A stretch of 64,000 nucleotides of DNA from an uncultured Verrucomicrobiae bacterium (GTDB taxonomy: Bacteria > Verrucomicrobiota > Verrucomicrobiia > Limisphaerales > Palsa-1400), in assembly GCA_963707025.1 (NCBI GenBank), contig CAVPOM010000003.1, forward strand, positions 256,001-320,000, read 5' to 3'. The notes beneath the pieces are model-generated. The model was given only the letters and a program-made list of their open reading frames with translations, was not told the origin of the DNA and made no database searches. Below, piece by piece: positions 26,017 through 36,846 of the stretch (the first letter of the stretch is position 1; each line of letters starts with the position of its first letter). The position numbers and the translations under genes are program-made.

Positions 26017-28498
26017 ATGAAAACGGAAAAGAATTTAGGATGGATCGGGCTGCTGTCTTTTTTCACTATTCTCTATTCTCAATTCACCATTCCGCTCCGC
26101 GCGCAGACGCGGAGTGCGGTCATGGTGAGCAACGCCACGGGGCAACTGGCCGGGCCGACAAACTTTTTTGCCGCGAACTCCAATTTGCTGAATCAGGCGG
26201 TCAATACGTCCGGTTTTGGGGGCGGCGGCGGCGGCGCGCCGGGCTTTGACCCCTGCTGGTTTTTCACCAACGCGGCGGGCAAGATTGACCTGGCGCTTTC
26301 GATCAGCAATTTCCTGAACGCCGCCCAAACCGGGTCGGTGAACCTGACCAACTGGTCGGCGCTGTCCACCAACATTTTGACGGCGATGGGTGCGGCCTGG
26401 ACCAATGCCATTGCGGGCGGGACCAACGCGCTCAACGCCGGGCAGTATCTTATCGCCAACGGCGGGACGGGCAACGCCAACACCTTCACCGGCGCGCCGC
26501 TGTTCCAGGGCGCGGGCGGGACGGGACCGGGCTTGGCGGCCACGTTCTACAGCAGCGGGACGGTGACCAGCGCCACCATCAGCAACCACACCGGCACCGG
26601 CACCATGCTCAATTTCGACAACGATCCAACCTCCGCCGGGGAGATCCCGTTCAATTTCGGGGGGGCGCAATACTGGATTGTCTGGGCGACGAGCAACCTC
26701 TGGCAAATCAAGGATCTCAACGGGCAGGCCGTGGCCACGTTCAGCAACCTCAATGACAGCCTGCTCCTCGGCGGAAACCTTTACAGCCCGAGCAACGCGT
26801 CCTTCGGCGGCAACTTGGCCATGAACGGTTCGGCCAGTTTTCTGGGCGCACTGACGGAAAGCAACCGCTATTCCTACCACACCAACGCCACATTTGTGGA
26901 ACCGGAAATCCTGCTCGGCGGCACGGGAACCTTTGCGGAAGTCTTCGAGTTTGGCGGACTGTTTGCCTGGCTGCGCCAGGTGCAGAGCAATACCTGGAGC
27001 GTGACCGATTTGAATAACCAGCATGTCATTGACTTCACCAACCTGACCGACAGCATCGGCCTGCACGGCAATGTCAACGTGGACAGCAATCTCACCGTGG
27101 CCGGCGCGGTTTCGATCACCGGCAACCTCTCAGCGGCCAACTTTGGCACGGCCGGCCAATCCAACGGCCTGCAATTCCTGGGAGGCTCTGGGCGGCCAGG
27201 GAAGCAATGACGTGCTCTACGCGCCCATCACCACCAATCTCCATGAGCGTGCGAATCTGACGGTGGATGGCCTCGCCTCTCTCGGCAACGGCAATTTCAA
27301 GGTGAACACCGCCGGCAATTCCACCAATGCGGGGAGCATGGCCATCCAGGGCAGTTTGACGGCGAGCGGTAGCGTGAACATCATCACCCATGCGATGAAC
27401 GGAACGGAAAAAGTGGACATTAACCTGGCCAACCTTTCGGACACAGACGCCCTGGCCGTCATGTCCGGCAACAACAGTTATAACTTCAATTATCCATCCG
27501 CCGTCGGCCCGGAATTTCAGGTCGGTCCGGGCGGCGGAATCAATGAGGCGTTTGTCTATTACAACGTCACCAACGCCGATGGCAATCTCGCTTTGGCGGA
27601 CAACATCTTCTCTGCGCCCACCTGGAATACGGTCATCCAGACTGGCGGGGCCAACACCACGCTGACCTTGCCGACCTCGACCAATTGGAGCACCTCCATT
27701 TATTCCGGCAACGCCGGTTCGCACGCCGTCAGTCTCTTCGGCTCCAACACCTGCGTTTTCGACGTTTTAAACGACGGCGGCGGCATCGAAACCGTGGTGA
27801 CGGCCGACCACGCCTTTTTTCACATCCTGACCAATGGCGGCTACATCGCCATCACCAACCCCTCCATCTCGGCCGGCCAATATATGAGGCTCTGCTACGG
27901 CGGCTCCAACGGCATCGCCATCCTCAACCTTGCCAACAGCTACCCGACGACCAGCGCCAGCCAACTGACCAGCGGCACGGTGCCGGACGCGGTGATGAGA
28001 AGTTCTGGGAGTTATGGGGATAATGAGTCGAACTATGTCCGCAGCGTCACCCTGCCAGGCGGCGATTTCATGCCCGCGACCAATGGCAATCTGGTCACTG
28101 CGACCAATCTGGCGGGCAGCGGGTTCGGCGCGCTCACCAATGGGCCGGTTTCCTTTGCCACCAATTTTACGGCCATCTTTGGCTCGAACATCTTCCAGAC
28201 CATCGTGCTGCCCAACAAGGACTTTTACCTGAGCGCGGTCAGCTTTGTCGGGGCGTCGCAGTATCCGCAGCCGCTCAATCTCATCCTGACAAACAATGGC
28301 AGCGCCACCACCGTTCACCTGTGGATTCCGACCAATCTTATGGCCTTCAACACCAATTGGACGGTGCTGGGGACCAATTACGAAATCCCCCTGACTAACA
28401 CCACCTTTGGCCGGGTGGCGCACCTGAGCATGCTGGCCCTGGCCCCCGACCCGACCATGCACGCCATCGAGTGGAACCTGGGAGTGACCCTGCCATGA
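26017..28498 (+). CDS. Large G/N/T/S-rich fibre/adhesin-like protein with signal peptide; one extra G near 27190 (826 aa corrected)
   Basis: ORFs 26017-27210 and 27071-28498 join on a single-base correction; internal repeat (WQIKDLNGQAVATFSNLNDSL / WSVTDLNNQHVIDFTNLTDSI). Confidence 0.7.
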
Positions 28499-28542
28499 CG
28501 GGGAAATGAAAAATGAAAAATGAAAAATGAAAAATTGAAGCC

Positions 28543-29373
28543 ATGAAAAAGATCAGACAGATGGGATCCCGATTCCGAATCGGGAGACCGATAGGCCTGA
28601 CATTCTGCATTTCTGCCCTTGCCCAGGGCAGCCTTTCCCCCGCCGGGATGGTTCCCTATCTGCTGCCCATGCCCACCAATGCAGTGGCTTCCAGCGGCGG
28701 CTACACCAACGTGGCCAACGGCCTGCTGGCCTGGTGGAAGCTCAACGACGGCACCGGGGCCAGCGCGGCGGATTCATCCGGCAACGGCAACACGGCGGCG
28801 CTGGTCGGCACGCCAACGTGGGGAACGGGCGATCTCACCCTCAACGGCACCAGCCAATACGTCAACACAACGGACGGCAACTCGATCAAGGGTTTGGCGG
28901 CCTATAGCTTGTGCTTTTGGATTGACGGCCCGTTGAACAATGCCAATGGGTCGGACCTATGGTGTGAGCACAACAATTCGGGAAGCGAGACGCGCTTTGA
29001 AATCTATGTCAATTACCCGGCCCCGTTCACGCTTTGGGTGGATGGCAGTTCAACGGATGCAGCGAGCACGGCCTGGATTACCGCGACCACCAGCGCCATC
29101 CCGGCGAACACCTGGACGCATGTGGCCGTGACAGTTGACTTGACGGCGGGCAAGGTGCTGGTCTATTTCAACGGCTCGCAAGACGCGACGACCGGAACTG
29201 TGAGCGGCACAACGTTTGTCGGGACCAACCCGCAAGTAGTCCCATGCCTGGGCAATGATCCCGACGGCGGCGGTTATTATTTGCCGGCCACGCTCTGCCA
29301 GGCGCGGGTCTATAATCGCGCCCTGACCGCGACGGAGATAAACGACCTTTTCCACTATGACGCGCATCCTTAA
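28543..29373 (+). CDS. LamG/concanavalin A-like domain protein with signal peptide
   Basis: GLLAWWKLNDGTG...DSSGNGN, WTHVAVT, VYFNG, ARVYNRALTATEI. Confidence 0.85.
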   Translation: MKKIRQMGSRFRIGRPIGLTFCISALAQGSLSPAGMVPYLLPMPTNAVASSGGYTNVANGLLAWWKLNDGTGASAADSSGNGNTAALVGTPTWGTGDLTLNGTSQYVNTTDGNSIKGLAAYSLCFWIDGPLNNANGSDLWCEHNNSGSETRFEIYVNYPAPFTLWVDGSSTDAASTAWITATTSAIPANTWTHVAVTVDLTAGKVLVYFNGSQDATTGTVSGTTFVGTNPQVVPCLGNDPDGGGYYLPATLCQARVYNRALTATEINDLFHYDAHP

Positions 29374-30751
29374 GATCGGCTTGACATTCTGCATTCTGCA
29401 TTTTGCATTCTGCATTAGGGCGGCGGGGACTGGCCCGGCCTATCCACTGAAATACAACGCCGGCCAGCATTACCTGGTGGACCAGAACAACGTCCCGTTT
29501 TTCATCATGGGCGACAGCCCCTGGTATCTGACCGAATCGCTCTACCAACCGGACATCCTCTATTATTTGACCAATCGCGCGGCGCAAGGCTTCAACTCGA
29601 TCATCCTGGACATCACCGCCGTCACCGAGGAAAGCGCGCAGTCTTTCCCCAGCCGGACAGGCAACATCTACGGGCAGGACCCGTTCACCGGCGTCATCGC
29701 CGGGCCTTACACCAACCTGGCCGCGATCAACGCCAATTATTTCACCAACGTGGACTGGGTTTTGAAGGCGGCGGCGTCCAATGGCATTTGCTGCTTCATC
29801 TATCCCATGTTTGACGGCGTGCAGGACGGCGGCGAGTGGGGCTGGTATCAGGACGCCGCGCAGAACAGCAGCAACGCCATCTACGGCTACGGCCAGTTCA
29901 TCGGCAACAGGTATGCCGCGCAGCCCAACATCGTTTGGATCGGGGCGGGGGATTTCGACGAGCCGCAGCCCCCCGATCCGGTTTGGACCATCATCGCCAA
30001 CGGCATCTTGTCCAAGGACAGCAGCCATCTCATGACCGCGCAGGCCGCGCCGTTTGAAGCGGCCAAACTCCACTACACAAACACCTGGTGCAACCTCAAT
30101 GACACTTATCCAAGGTCGCCTGGCCCGCAAAACACCACCTACGATTTTGAGAAAACCAACTGGTTCTATTCACCGGTCATGCCCAGCTTCTCGCGTGAGC
30201 CGTGGTATGAGAACGACCAGTGGGGGACCATCGGCACGAACTACTTTGACTGCCGGCGTTATGCCTGGGGATCGGCGACCTTCGGGGCCTGCGGCGTGTT
30301 TTACGGGAACCAAAACATTTGGGCCTTCAACGGCTCGGCTTCCAGCCAGGATTGGAAAAGCGCCATGCAATCCCCGGCGGCCGTGACCAACGTGATCAAG
30401 CTGCTGAACACGCGGCCGTGGTGGAACTTCGTACCCGACTACAACAACGCGGCGGTGAGCGCGGGTTATGGGACTTATGGCCAGGAGGCTTACGTGACGG
30501 CCATGCGCGAGGCCAGCGGGCAGGGGATCATTGCTTATGTTCCGTTTGGCACCATGACACCGACGGTGGCCATGAATCAATTGGCTGGATGGTCGGCGAC
30601 GGCCTGGTGGTATAATCCCCGGACCGGCGCGGGCACGGCCATCGGCGCCTATGCCACGAGCGGGACGCAGACTTTCACGCCGCCAGACACCAATGACTGG
30701 GTGCTGGTGATAGACTCGGTGCTGGCGCGGAGCGCGGGGGTTCACCCATGA
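29357..30751 (+). CDS. DUF4038 (apiosidase/GH140-like) protein with C-terminal collagen-binding-like domain and signal peptide
   Basis: YLVDQNNVPFFIMGDSPW, RAAQGFNSI, PNIVWIGAGD, EPWYE, AWWYNPRTG, DWVLVI. Confidence 0.8.
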   Translation: MTRILKIGLTFCILHFAFCIRAAGTGPAYPLKYNAGQHYLVDQNNVPFFIMGDSPWYLTESLYQPDILYYLTNRAAQGFNSIILDITAVTEESAQSFPSRTGNIYGQDPFTGVIAGPYTNLAAINANYFTNVDWVLKAAASNGICCFIYPMFDGVQDGGEWGWYQDAAQNSSNAIYGYGQFIGNRYAAQPNIVWIGAGDFDEPQPPDPVWTIIANGILSKDSSHLMTAQAAPFEAAKLHYTNTWCNLNDTYPRSPGPQNTTYDFEKTNWFYSPVMPSFSREPWYENDQWGTIGTNYFDCRRYAWGSATFGACGVFYGNQNIWAFNGSASSQDWKSAMQSPAAVTNVIKLLNTRPWWNFVPDYNNAAVSAGYGTYGQEAYVTAMREASGQGIIAYVPFGTMTPTVAMNQLAGWSATAWWYNPRTGAGTAIGAYATSGTQTFTPPDTNDWVLVIDSVLARSAGVHP

Positions 30752-30906
30752 GAAAAATCGGATTGACAAGATGGATGGGACTGATGGGATTGATGGGAGC
30801 GATGGGAGCCATGGGAGCAATGGGAGCGATGGGAGTGATGATGGCCGGCGGGGCGGGCCGGCGCCGCAATAACAGGCCAGGTGGAGATGGAGGAGAATAT
30901 GTCTGA
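30748..30906 (+). CDS. Signal-peptide-like mini-ORF built from 9-mer repeats (MRKIGLTRWMGLMGLMGAMGAMGAMGAMGVMMAGG...)
   Basis: ATGA overlap with upstream stop; GATGGGAGC-type repeats; one base from fusing to the 30881 ORF. Confidence 0.4.
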   Translation: MRKIGLTRWMGLMGLMGAMGAMGAMGAMGVMMAGGAGRRRNNRPGGDGGEYV

Positions 30907-31693
30907 AGAAGGCCCGGAGTTTGAAGTTCGTGTGGAGACGGCGCTGGAACTGGCCGGGGCGGAGGAGGGGGCGGCGGAGCTGGAGAGGGCCATCGGGAAG
31001 GCCAAGGCGGTGGGCCGGAATTTTGGCCGGTTGGCAAAGCAACTGGCCAGGGCCAGGGAAGGGGTGAGGCGGTTTCGCCTGGCACACCCAGGCGGAGGCG
31101 CCGGGGCGGTGGAGACAAGGCAGAATGCATCGTCCTGCGCAGAGGCTTCCACCTTGGCCGGGCCTACGGTGGACAGGACGGAGGACAGGACGGCGGAGGA
31201 GAAAGGGCAAGGGCAGCATGAAAAGCAGGGGAGGGATTACGAATTGGAAGAGGGAACGAGTCACGGCTCGACGGAGTCTCGCCCTACCGGGGCGGAAGGA
31301 GGGCAGGAGGGCAAAGGGACTGAGGCAAGACAAAATGCATCCTCTCCCGCCGGGCCTTCCACCTGCGCCGGGGCTTCGGAGGACAGGACGGCGGACGAGA
31401 ACGGCCAAGGGCAGAATGAAAACGAGGAGAGGGATTACGGATTGGAAGAGGGAACGAGTCACGGCTCGACCGAGCCCCGCCCGGCCGGAGCGGGAGGCGG
31501 CGATGGTGGAGACGGGAGGATGGCAGAGGCGGGCCGGCGGGAGGTGGAGGCGATGGTGCGGCAGGCGATGGAGGAGCGGGAAAGGACGCGGCCACAAAGG
31601 GAAAACCGGCCGGAGGAGGAGGCGCGGGTGGCGGCGCTGGAGTCGCGGCTGCGGTGGCTGGAGGAACGGACGAGGATTGGCCGGGATTTCTGA
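30881..31693 (+). CDS. Short/degenerate tape-measure-like protein with repeat-derived middle
   Basis: Helical ends (EFEVRVETALELAGAE...; ARVAALESRLRWLEER); position before the tail-tip gene; internal duplication of REP DNA. Confidence 0.45.
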   Translation: MEMEENMSEEGPEFEVRVETALELAGAEEGAAELERAIGKAKAVGRNFGRLAKQLARAREGVRRFRLAHPGGGAGAVETRQNASSCAEASTLAGPTVDRTEDRTAEEKGQGQHEKQGRDYELEEGTSHGSTESRPTGAEGGQEGKGTEARQNASSPAGPSTCAGASEDRTADENGQGQNENEERDYGLEEGTSHGSTEPRPAGAGGGDGGDGRMAEAGRREVEAMVRQAMEERERTRPQRENRPEEEARVAALESRLRWLEERTRIGRDF

Positions 31694-31708
31694 AATGAAA
31701 AATGCAGC

Positions 31709-31843
31709 ATGAAAAATGAAAAGACTTATACGACGCTGACTTTTGCAGGGGTGGAACAGTGCCTGGGCGACCCTCCTGAGCTAAAGCTTCCTCCTTCGCC
31801 GGGCCTACGGAGGACGGGACGGAGGGCAGATTGGGGGATCTGA
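31709..31843 (+). pseudogene. Duplicated 5' fragment of the downstream tail gene with a 60-nt REP insertion
   Basis: TYTTLTFAGVEQCLGD[insert]WGI versus TYTTLTYNGTEKSLADWGI at 31850. Confidence 0.6.
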
Positions 31844-31846
31844 GCC

Positions 31847-34222
31847 GTGACCTATACCACACTGACATACAATGGGACGGAGAAGTCGCTGGCTGATTGG
31901 GGGATCGGCAAGTGGCGGCGCGAGGCCTTTAACCAGGCGAGCGATTCGTTCGCATTCGATCTGCTGGCCGCGACGGACGCGGCGGAGATTCTCCCCTATG
32001 GGGCGATGGTCACAATTTCCACGGGGAGGACGCCCGGGCCGGGCGTCCCTACCCCGGCGAATGGACTGCCCGTGTCGGGCTGCACTTCATGGACGGGGGG
32101 CAAGAAATGGTTTGTCGGATGGCGGGTGCAGAACATCCGCACCGGGACGCCGGAGATGGAGGGGTTCGCTTACAGATTCGCGGGGCCGTGGGACTTTTTC
32201 TTCGAGCGGCTGGTTTTTCAGAAGCTGTGGCTGACCTGGAACGGGGTGAAGCAGATCGCCGACTGGCGCTCGCAAGTGGTGCTGGGGATGAGCGTCAATG
32301 CCCTGACCGGAGCGGGGGACACGGTGACGGGGAGCACGGCGACCAACCTGATGAGCATCAGTCAACAATTAAAGGAGATCGCGGCCTAAGTTATTGCGCA
32401 AAGTTCCTACGAGCAAACCATCAACGGGCTGGGCTGGCCGGCGGGCGGGCAACCGCAGTTTGACAACCTCACGACGGACGGGAACGGCAATTACGAGCTA
32501 TTGCCGGCGCCTGGCCCAAATTGCCGGATCCCGGATTTTGTGCCGGGGCTGGCGGGCGCAAGCGGAGACACGTCGGTTAGCACGTCGGGCCTTATGCTGC
32601 GCGCTCCTCTCGATGCGGTGAATGACATGACCTGCGGGGAGTGTTTTCGCCGCATGCCGCGCTGGATCGGGGCGGTAGGCTCGCCGGTGGCGTGGTTTGA
32701 TTATACGACGGCGCCGCCGACGCTGCAGGTGAGCACGCGGGACCAGTTGGCGGGCGTGGCGCTGCCGCTGGTCGGGGCCACCGAATCCATCAAAATCCAG
32801 CGGCGGGATGATTTGATCCCGTCGGCCATCGCGTTCAAGTATCGCATCAGCGGGCAGATCAATGGCACGCCTTATTCCATCATCGAGAATGACATTGCGG
32901 CCACGGTGGATGGCAGCGCGGTGGAGGGGATGGGGATGTTCGGGCTGCTGACCAATTTGCGCGGGGGCGCGATTTCCGGGGACGCGCAAACGCAGTTGCC
33001 GCAGCAGGCGCGGCGGTTGGCGGCGCAAATCGCGACGTTCGATTTCGAGGGGTTCTCCGGCGATACGGCCAGCGGGACGATCGCGACGGTGGCGCTGAAC
33101 CTGGCCGATCCGGCGGGCGGGGGAGCGGCGGCGGCGTTCTGGACGGCGCTGTTTCCGCAACTGGCCAATGTGAGCGGGCTGGCGTTTTATCAGGACCCGG
33201 CGGGAGCGGTGGCGCCGCTGGTGCAGGATGCCGGCGGCAATCCGATCAACACGGCGGCGTATCCGAATATCCTGGCGGACGGCAATGTGGCGCCGTGGAT
33301 GTATGTCAATAATACGCCGGGCAGCGCCACGCCGGGGCAATGCGTGGGGGCGACGATCACGGGTTATTTTGCCTACACGGACAACGCCAGCCCGGCGGCC
33401 GATCCGGACGTGAACCCCGGCACGGTGCAGTGCCATCCGCTGACCATCAAGGTCAAGCTGACCAATCTGAGCAGCGGCACCTATCAGTCGCGCCCGCAGG
33501 TCAACCCTGGCGAGCCGGTGCCCTACGGGCTGCCGGGTTACATTTACGCGATTGAATCCATCCCGCAATACCAGGGGAGTTTGAGCGTGGTGGAAGAGGA
33601 GATCGGCGACCTCTGCCCGCTGGGGCATGGTCTGAATCTGAGCGGAGGGCTGGCGGAATGGGGGACGATGAACGCGTGCGTGCAACAGGTCAATTATGAC
33701 GGGACGGGGCGGACGGAAATTATTTTTGGCCCCGCCCGGCATTTGGGGAACGCGGATCTGGTGGAGCGGCTGCGGGTGAACCGGGGGCCGCGCTGGTATA
33801 ATTTGATCGGGAACGATCTGTTGAACTCCAATCCGAGCACGGGGGCGACGGCGCTGGGAAAGAATGTGCCGGTGTCGTCGCCCAGTCCGGGGAACAAGGT
33901 GTGCAGTGAGACGCTGCTGCCGCAGAGTCTGAAGGATTTGCAAAGCCATTTGGCGGGCTACACGCAGTTGTTGCCGGGCGCTTATCTGTGGACAAAAGGC
34001 AACGGACGCAGCGGGCTGAGCCTGGTGGATGCGGGGCCGGGGCTGGCGCTGGCGGGGGGAAGCGGCGGGGCGCTGGACAGCCAGTACGTGCTGGTTTCGG
34101 TCGCGCAACTGCTCTCGGTGGTGGCGGGCCAGCCGGTGAAGTTCTTCGAGCTCAACACTTGCGAGGGCGGGGACGCGACCTATTACCGGACGTTCCTTTG
34201 CACGGACAAGTATCATCATTGA
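31847..34222 (+). CDS. Putative tail tip/hub protein with an in-frame TAA at 32387-32389 (791 aa read through)
   Basis: ORFs 31847 and 32501 share a frame and the sequence between them is open after the TAA. Confidence 0.6.
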
Positions 34223-34783
34223 TCGGGCTGATCGGACTGAGCAGACGGACCAGACGGATTGGACGGATTAGCGAGAATGAAATATGGCAAATCGAGTGGC
34301 AACGTGCCCCAGGGCGAAACAGATCGTCGGCTATAAGGGCTGGCTGGGCTGGGCGGGGGGCTTTGCCTTTCCGGGGTTCAAGGGGAATTGGGTTTATCCG
34401 GTGACTTATGCCGGCGGGGTGCCGACTAACAGCGGGCCGGGAAGCTGGACCTTTGCCGCGGACGGCGGCGCGATCACGGGCAGCACCGCCAACTTCGCCG
34501 CGGGCGACCTGGTGCTGCGGGAGTTCGAGCCGGCCGGTCCTTTGACGGATTATTTAACCGGGATCGCGCAAAGCTATCCGAAATACTGGACCGTTTATAT
34601 TTGCACGTCGGCCATCACCGGGAGCACGACGGATCCGGCGCTGGACAGCACCCATTTTGAGGCGTGGGATTTCCAGGTGTTCACCGTCAGCGGCGGCACC
34701 CTGACGACCGACGCGGGCAATGCGGCGGGCGGCTCCATTGGCGGCTCGGGCCGGGCGCTCTTTACGGAGACGACGGACACGGC

Positions 34784-35791
34784 TAGAGCGTTTCCATAAA
34801 TGATATAGCTTGACTGGGGCGAGAGGGCTGGCAGGCTTGAGCCATGCGAGCGATACCCGTGTCTGCGCGCGAGCGCATCCTGCAACTCTATGAACAAGGC
34901 AAAAGCACCCGCGAGATCGCGGACTTTTTCGGCTTTTGCGTGGCGGCGGTGCGCCGGGTCCGGCAGCAGTTCCAAGAGCGCGGCACGCTCCAGCCGCAAA
35001 CCCATTTGTGCGGGCGCAAAACGCTGCTGAACGCCGGACGCCAGGCTCGCCTGCAAAAGCTGGTGGCGGCCCAGCCCGACGCGACGTTGGCCGAGTTGGG
35101 GGCGCGTCTGGACCGCCCTTTCGGGACCTCCACTGTGGATTTGTGGCTGCGCAAACTGGGGTTGAGCTATAAAAAAAACGCTCTGCGCCGCCGAGCAGAA
35201 CCGTCCGGACGTGGCCGAAAAGCGGGCCCATTGGCATGAGCGTCTGGCAAGTGACCCACCTGCCCGACTGGTCTTCGTGGATGAAAGCGGGGCCAACACC
35301 AAGATGACCCGTTTTTGCGGGCGGTCACCCGTGGGCCGAAGACTGGCGGCCCACGTCCCGCAGGGACATTATCAGACCACCACCCTGGTCTGCGCCATTC
35401 GTCTGGCCGGGCCTGCGGCCCCCTGCCTCTTTGAGGGGGCCATGGACGGGGAAATGTTTTTGGCCTGGATCCAGCAGGGGCTGGTGGTGGAGTTGCGCAA
35501 GGGTGACTTGGTCATCATGGACAACTTGGCCACGCATAAGGTGACCGGAGTTCGCCAAGCCATCGAAGAGGCCGGGGCAACGCTGCTGTATCTGCCGCCC
35601 TATTCGCCAGACTTTAATCCCATCGAAAATATGTGGAGCAAGGTCAAACAAATTATGCGAGGTCTCGCGCCGCGAACCGCCAAGGAACTGCTCCAAGCGG
35701 CGAAGATTGCCTTTGAAGCCATCTCCACCGCCGATTGCCGGGGCTTCTTTTTAAACGCCCGCTACGCTACATGATTTATGGAAATGCTCTA
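34784..35791 (+). mobile_element. IS630-family insertion sequence, copy 1
   Basis: TA at both ends; IRs TAGAGCGTTTCCATAAATGATATAGC / GCTACATGATTTATGGAAATGCTCTA. Confidence 0.95.
34844..35774 (+). CDS. IS630 transposase (two ORFs joined by frameshift at the A-run near 35171-35178)
   Basis: HTH orf then VFVDES, VIMDNLATHK, LPPYSPDFNPIE. Confidence 0.9.
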
Positions 35792-36846
35792 ATTTAGAAT
35801 TGACAATCACGACGGCGCTGGACAATTTTCCCCTGATGCCGACGGCGATCAGCGGCCTGACGGCGGCTCTGGGCACGAGCAATGACAGCGCGCCGGCCTG
35901 GGCGGACGCCAGCGCGCAGGAGGCGGCGGCGGCGGGGACTTTTGTCCATGATTGGACCTTCCCCGGCAATTACGACGGGACAGCGGCGACTTACACGCCG
36001 CCGGGGACGCCGCCGGGCGCGGCGCAGGCGGAGCTGGTTTTTCCGGCGCTGCCCTATCAACGGACGGTGAATTTCTCCCCGGTCTATCCTGGCGGGGGCG
36101 CGATCAACAGCGTCTTCGCCATCGTGGCATCGCCCCCGGCGGTTTATCTGCCGGGCCTGGTGAGCTGGGCCTGTTCGGCGAGTTCGTTGCAATGGGAGTT
36201 CGCGGCCTGGAGTTGGAATGCGAGCGTGGAATACAGTTTCGCCCTCGGCCACTTTGGCGCGCTGGCCACGGCGCCGGGGACAATCACGCAGACGATCACG
36301 CTGGGCCGGCCTTACTCCTTAAGCGATGTGGCGGCGCAGGCGGCGGCCTTGATGAGCGCCACGACCTTTGCCGCGATTGCCTGGGGAACGTCGTGGCAGA
36401 ACACCTACGATGCCACCGGGGCGGTGGTCTCGACCCAGAATTTTGCGTTCGATGTCACCAACGCCATCACGGCTTCCTGCCGGATCGGCACGGAGGTGAA
36501 GTGGGGCGCGGCGGTCAACGGGCTGTTCACCTCGGGGGCGGCTTCGTGTTATTGCAGCAAAGCCCTGGTGGACGTGTGCGGCAATTATTGCCAGCGGACC
36601 TACCACTGCCCGACGGTGACGTGTGTTTCGGGCAATGTGGACGGATACGCGCCGGTGGAGATTGACCCGCCGGGCACGCCGGGGGAATCTTCTGCGATTT
36701 ACGCGGGGTGCCAATGCACCTGAAGAAATGCAGAGTGCAGAATGCAAAATGCAGAATGAAATGCGGCCTCCTCCGCAGAGCCTGCCACCTGCGCCGGGCC
36801 TTCGGTGGACAGGACGGTGGACGGGATGGTGGACAGGGAATGAAGA

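Larger units (their letters stand above)
34284..36723 (+). pseudogene. Distal tail protein interrupted by IS630 (477 aa restored)
   Basis: Removing the IS and one TA gives ...TDTANLELTITTAL... in frame; Cys-rich C-terminus. Confidence 0.75.

Noticed and set aside
20620..27200. Frameshifts in capsid, tube and fibre genes as programmed recoding or pseudogenisation
   Set aside because: Each is one extra base in a short C/G run mid-domain, and host genes (MFP, response regulator, glutaredoxin, toxin, IS copy 2) show the same defect; assembly error is the simplest reading, pending read checks
31113..31490. Imperfect duplication as a DGR template/variable repeat
   Set aside because: Mismatches are not adenine-specific, the DNA is REP-derived, and no reverse transcriptase is present
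18600..31850. Recurring palindromes as a CRISPR array
   Set aside because: No regular repeat-spacer period and no cas genes
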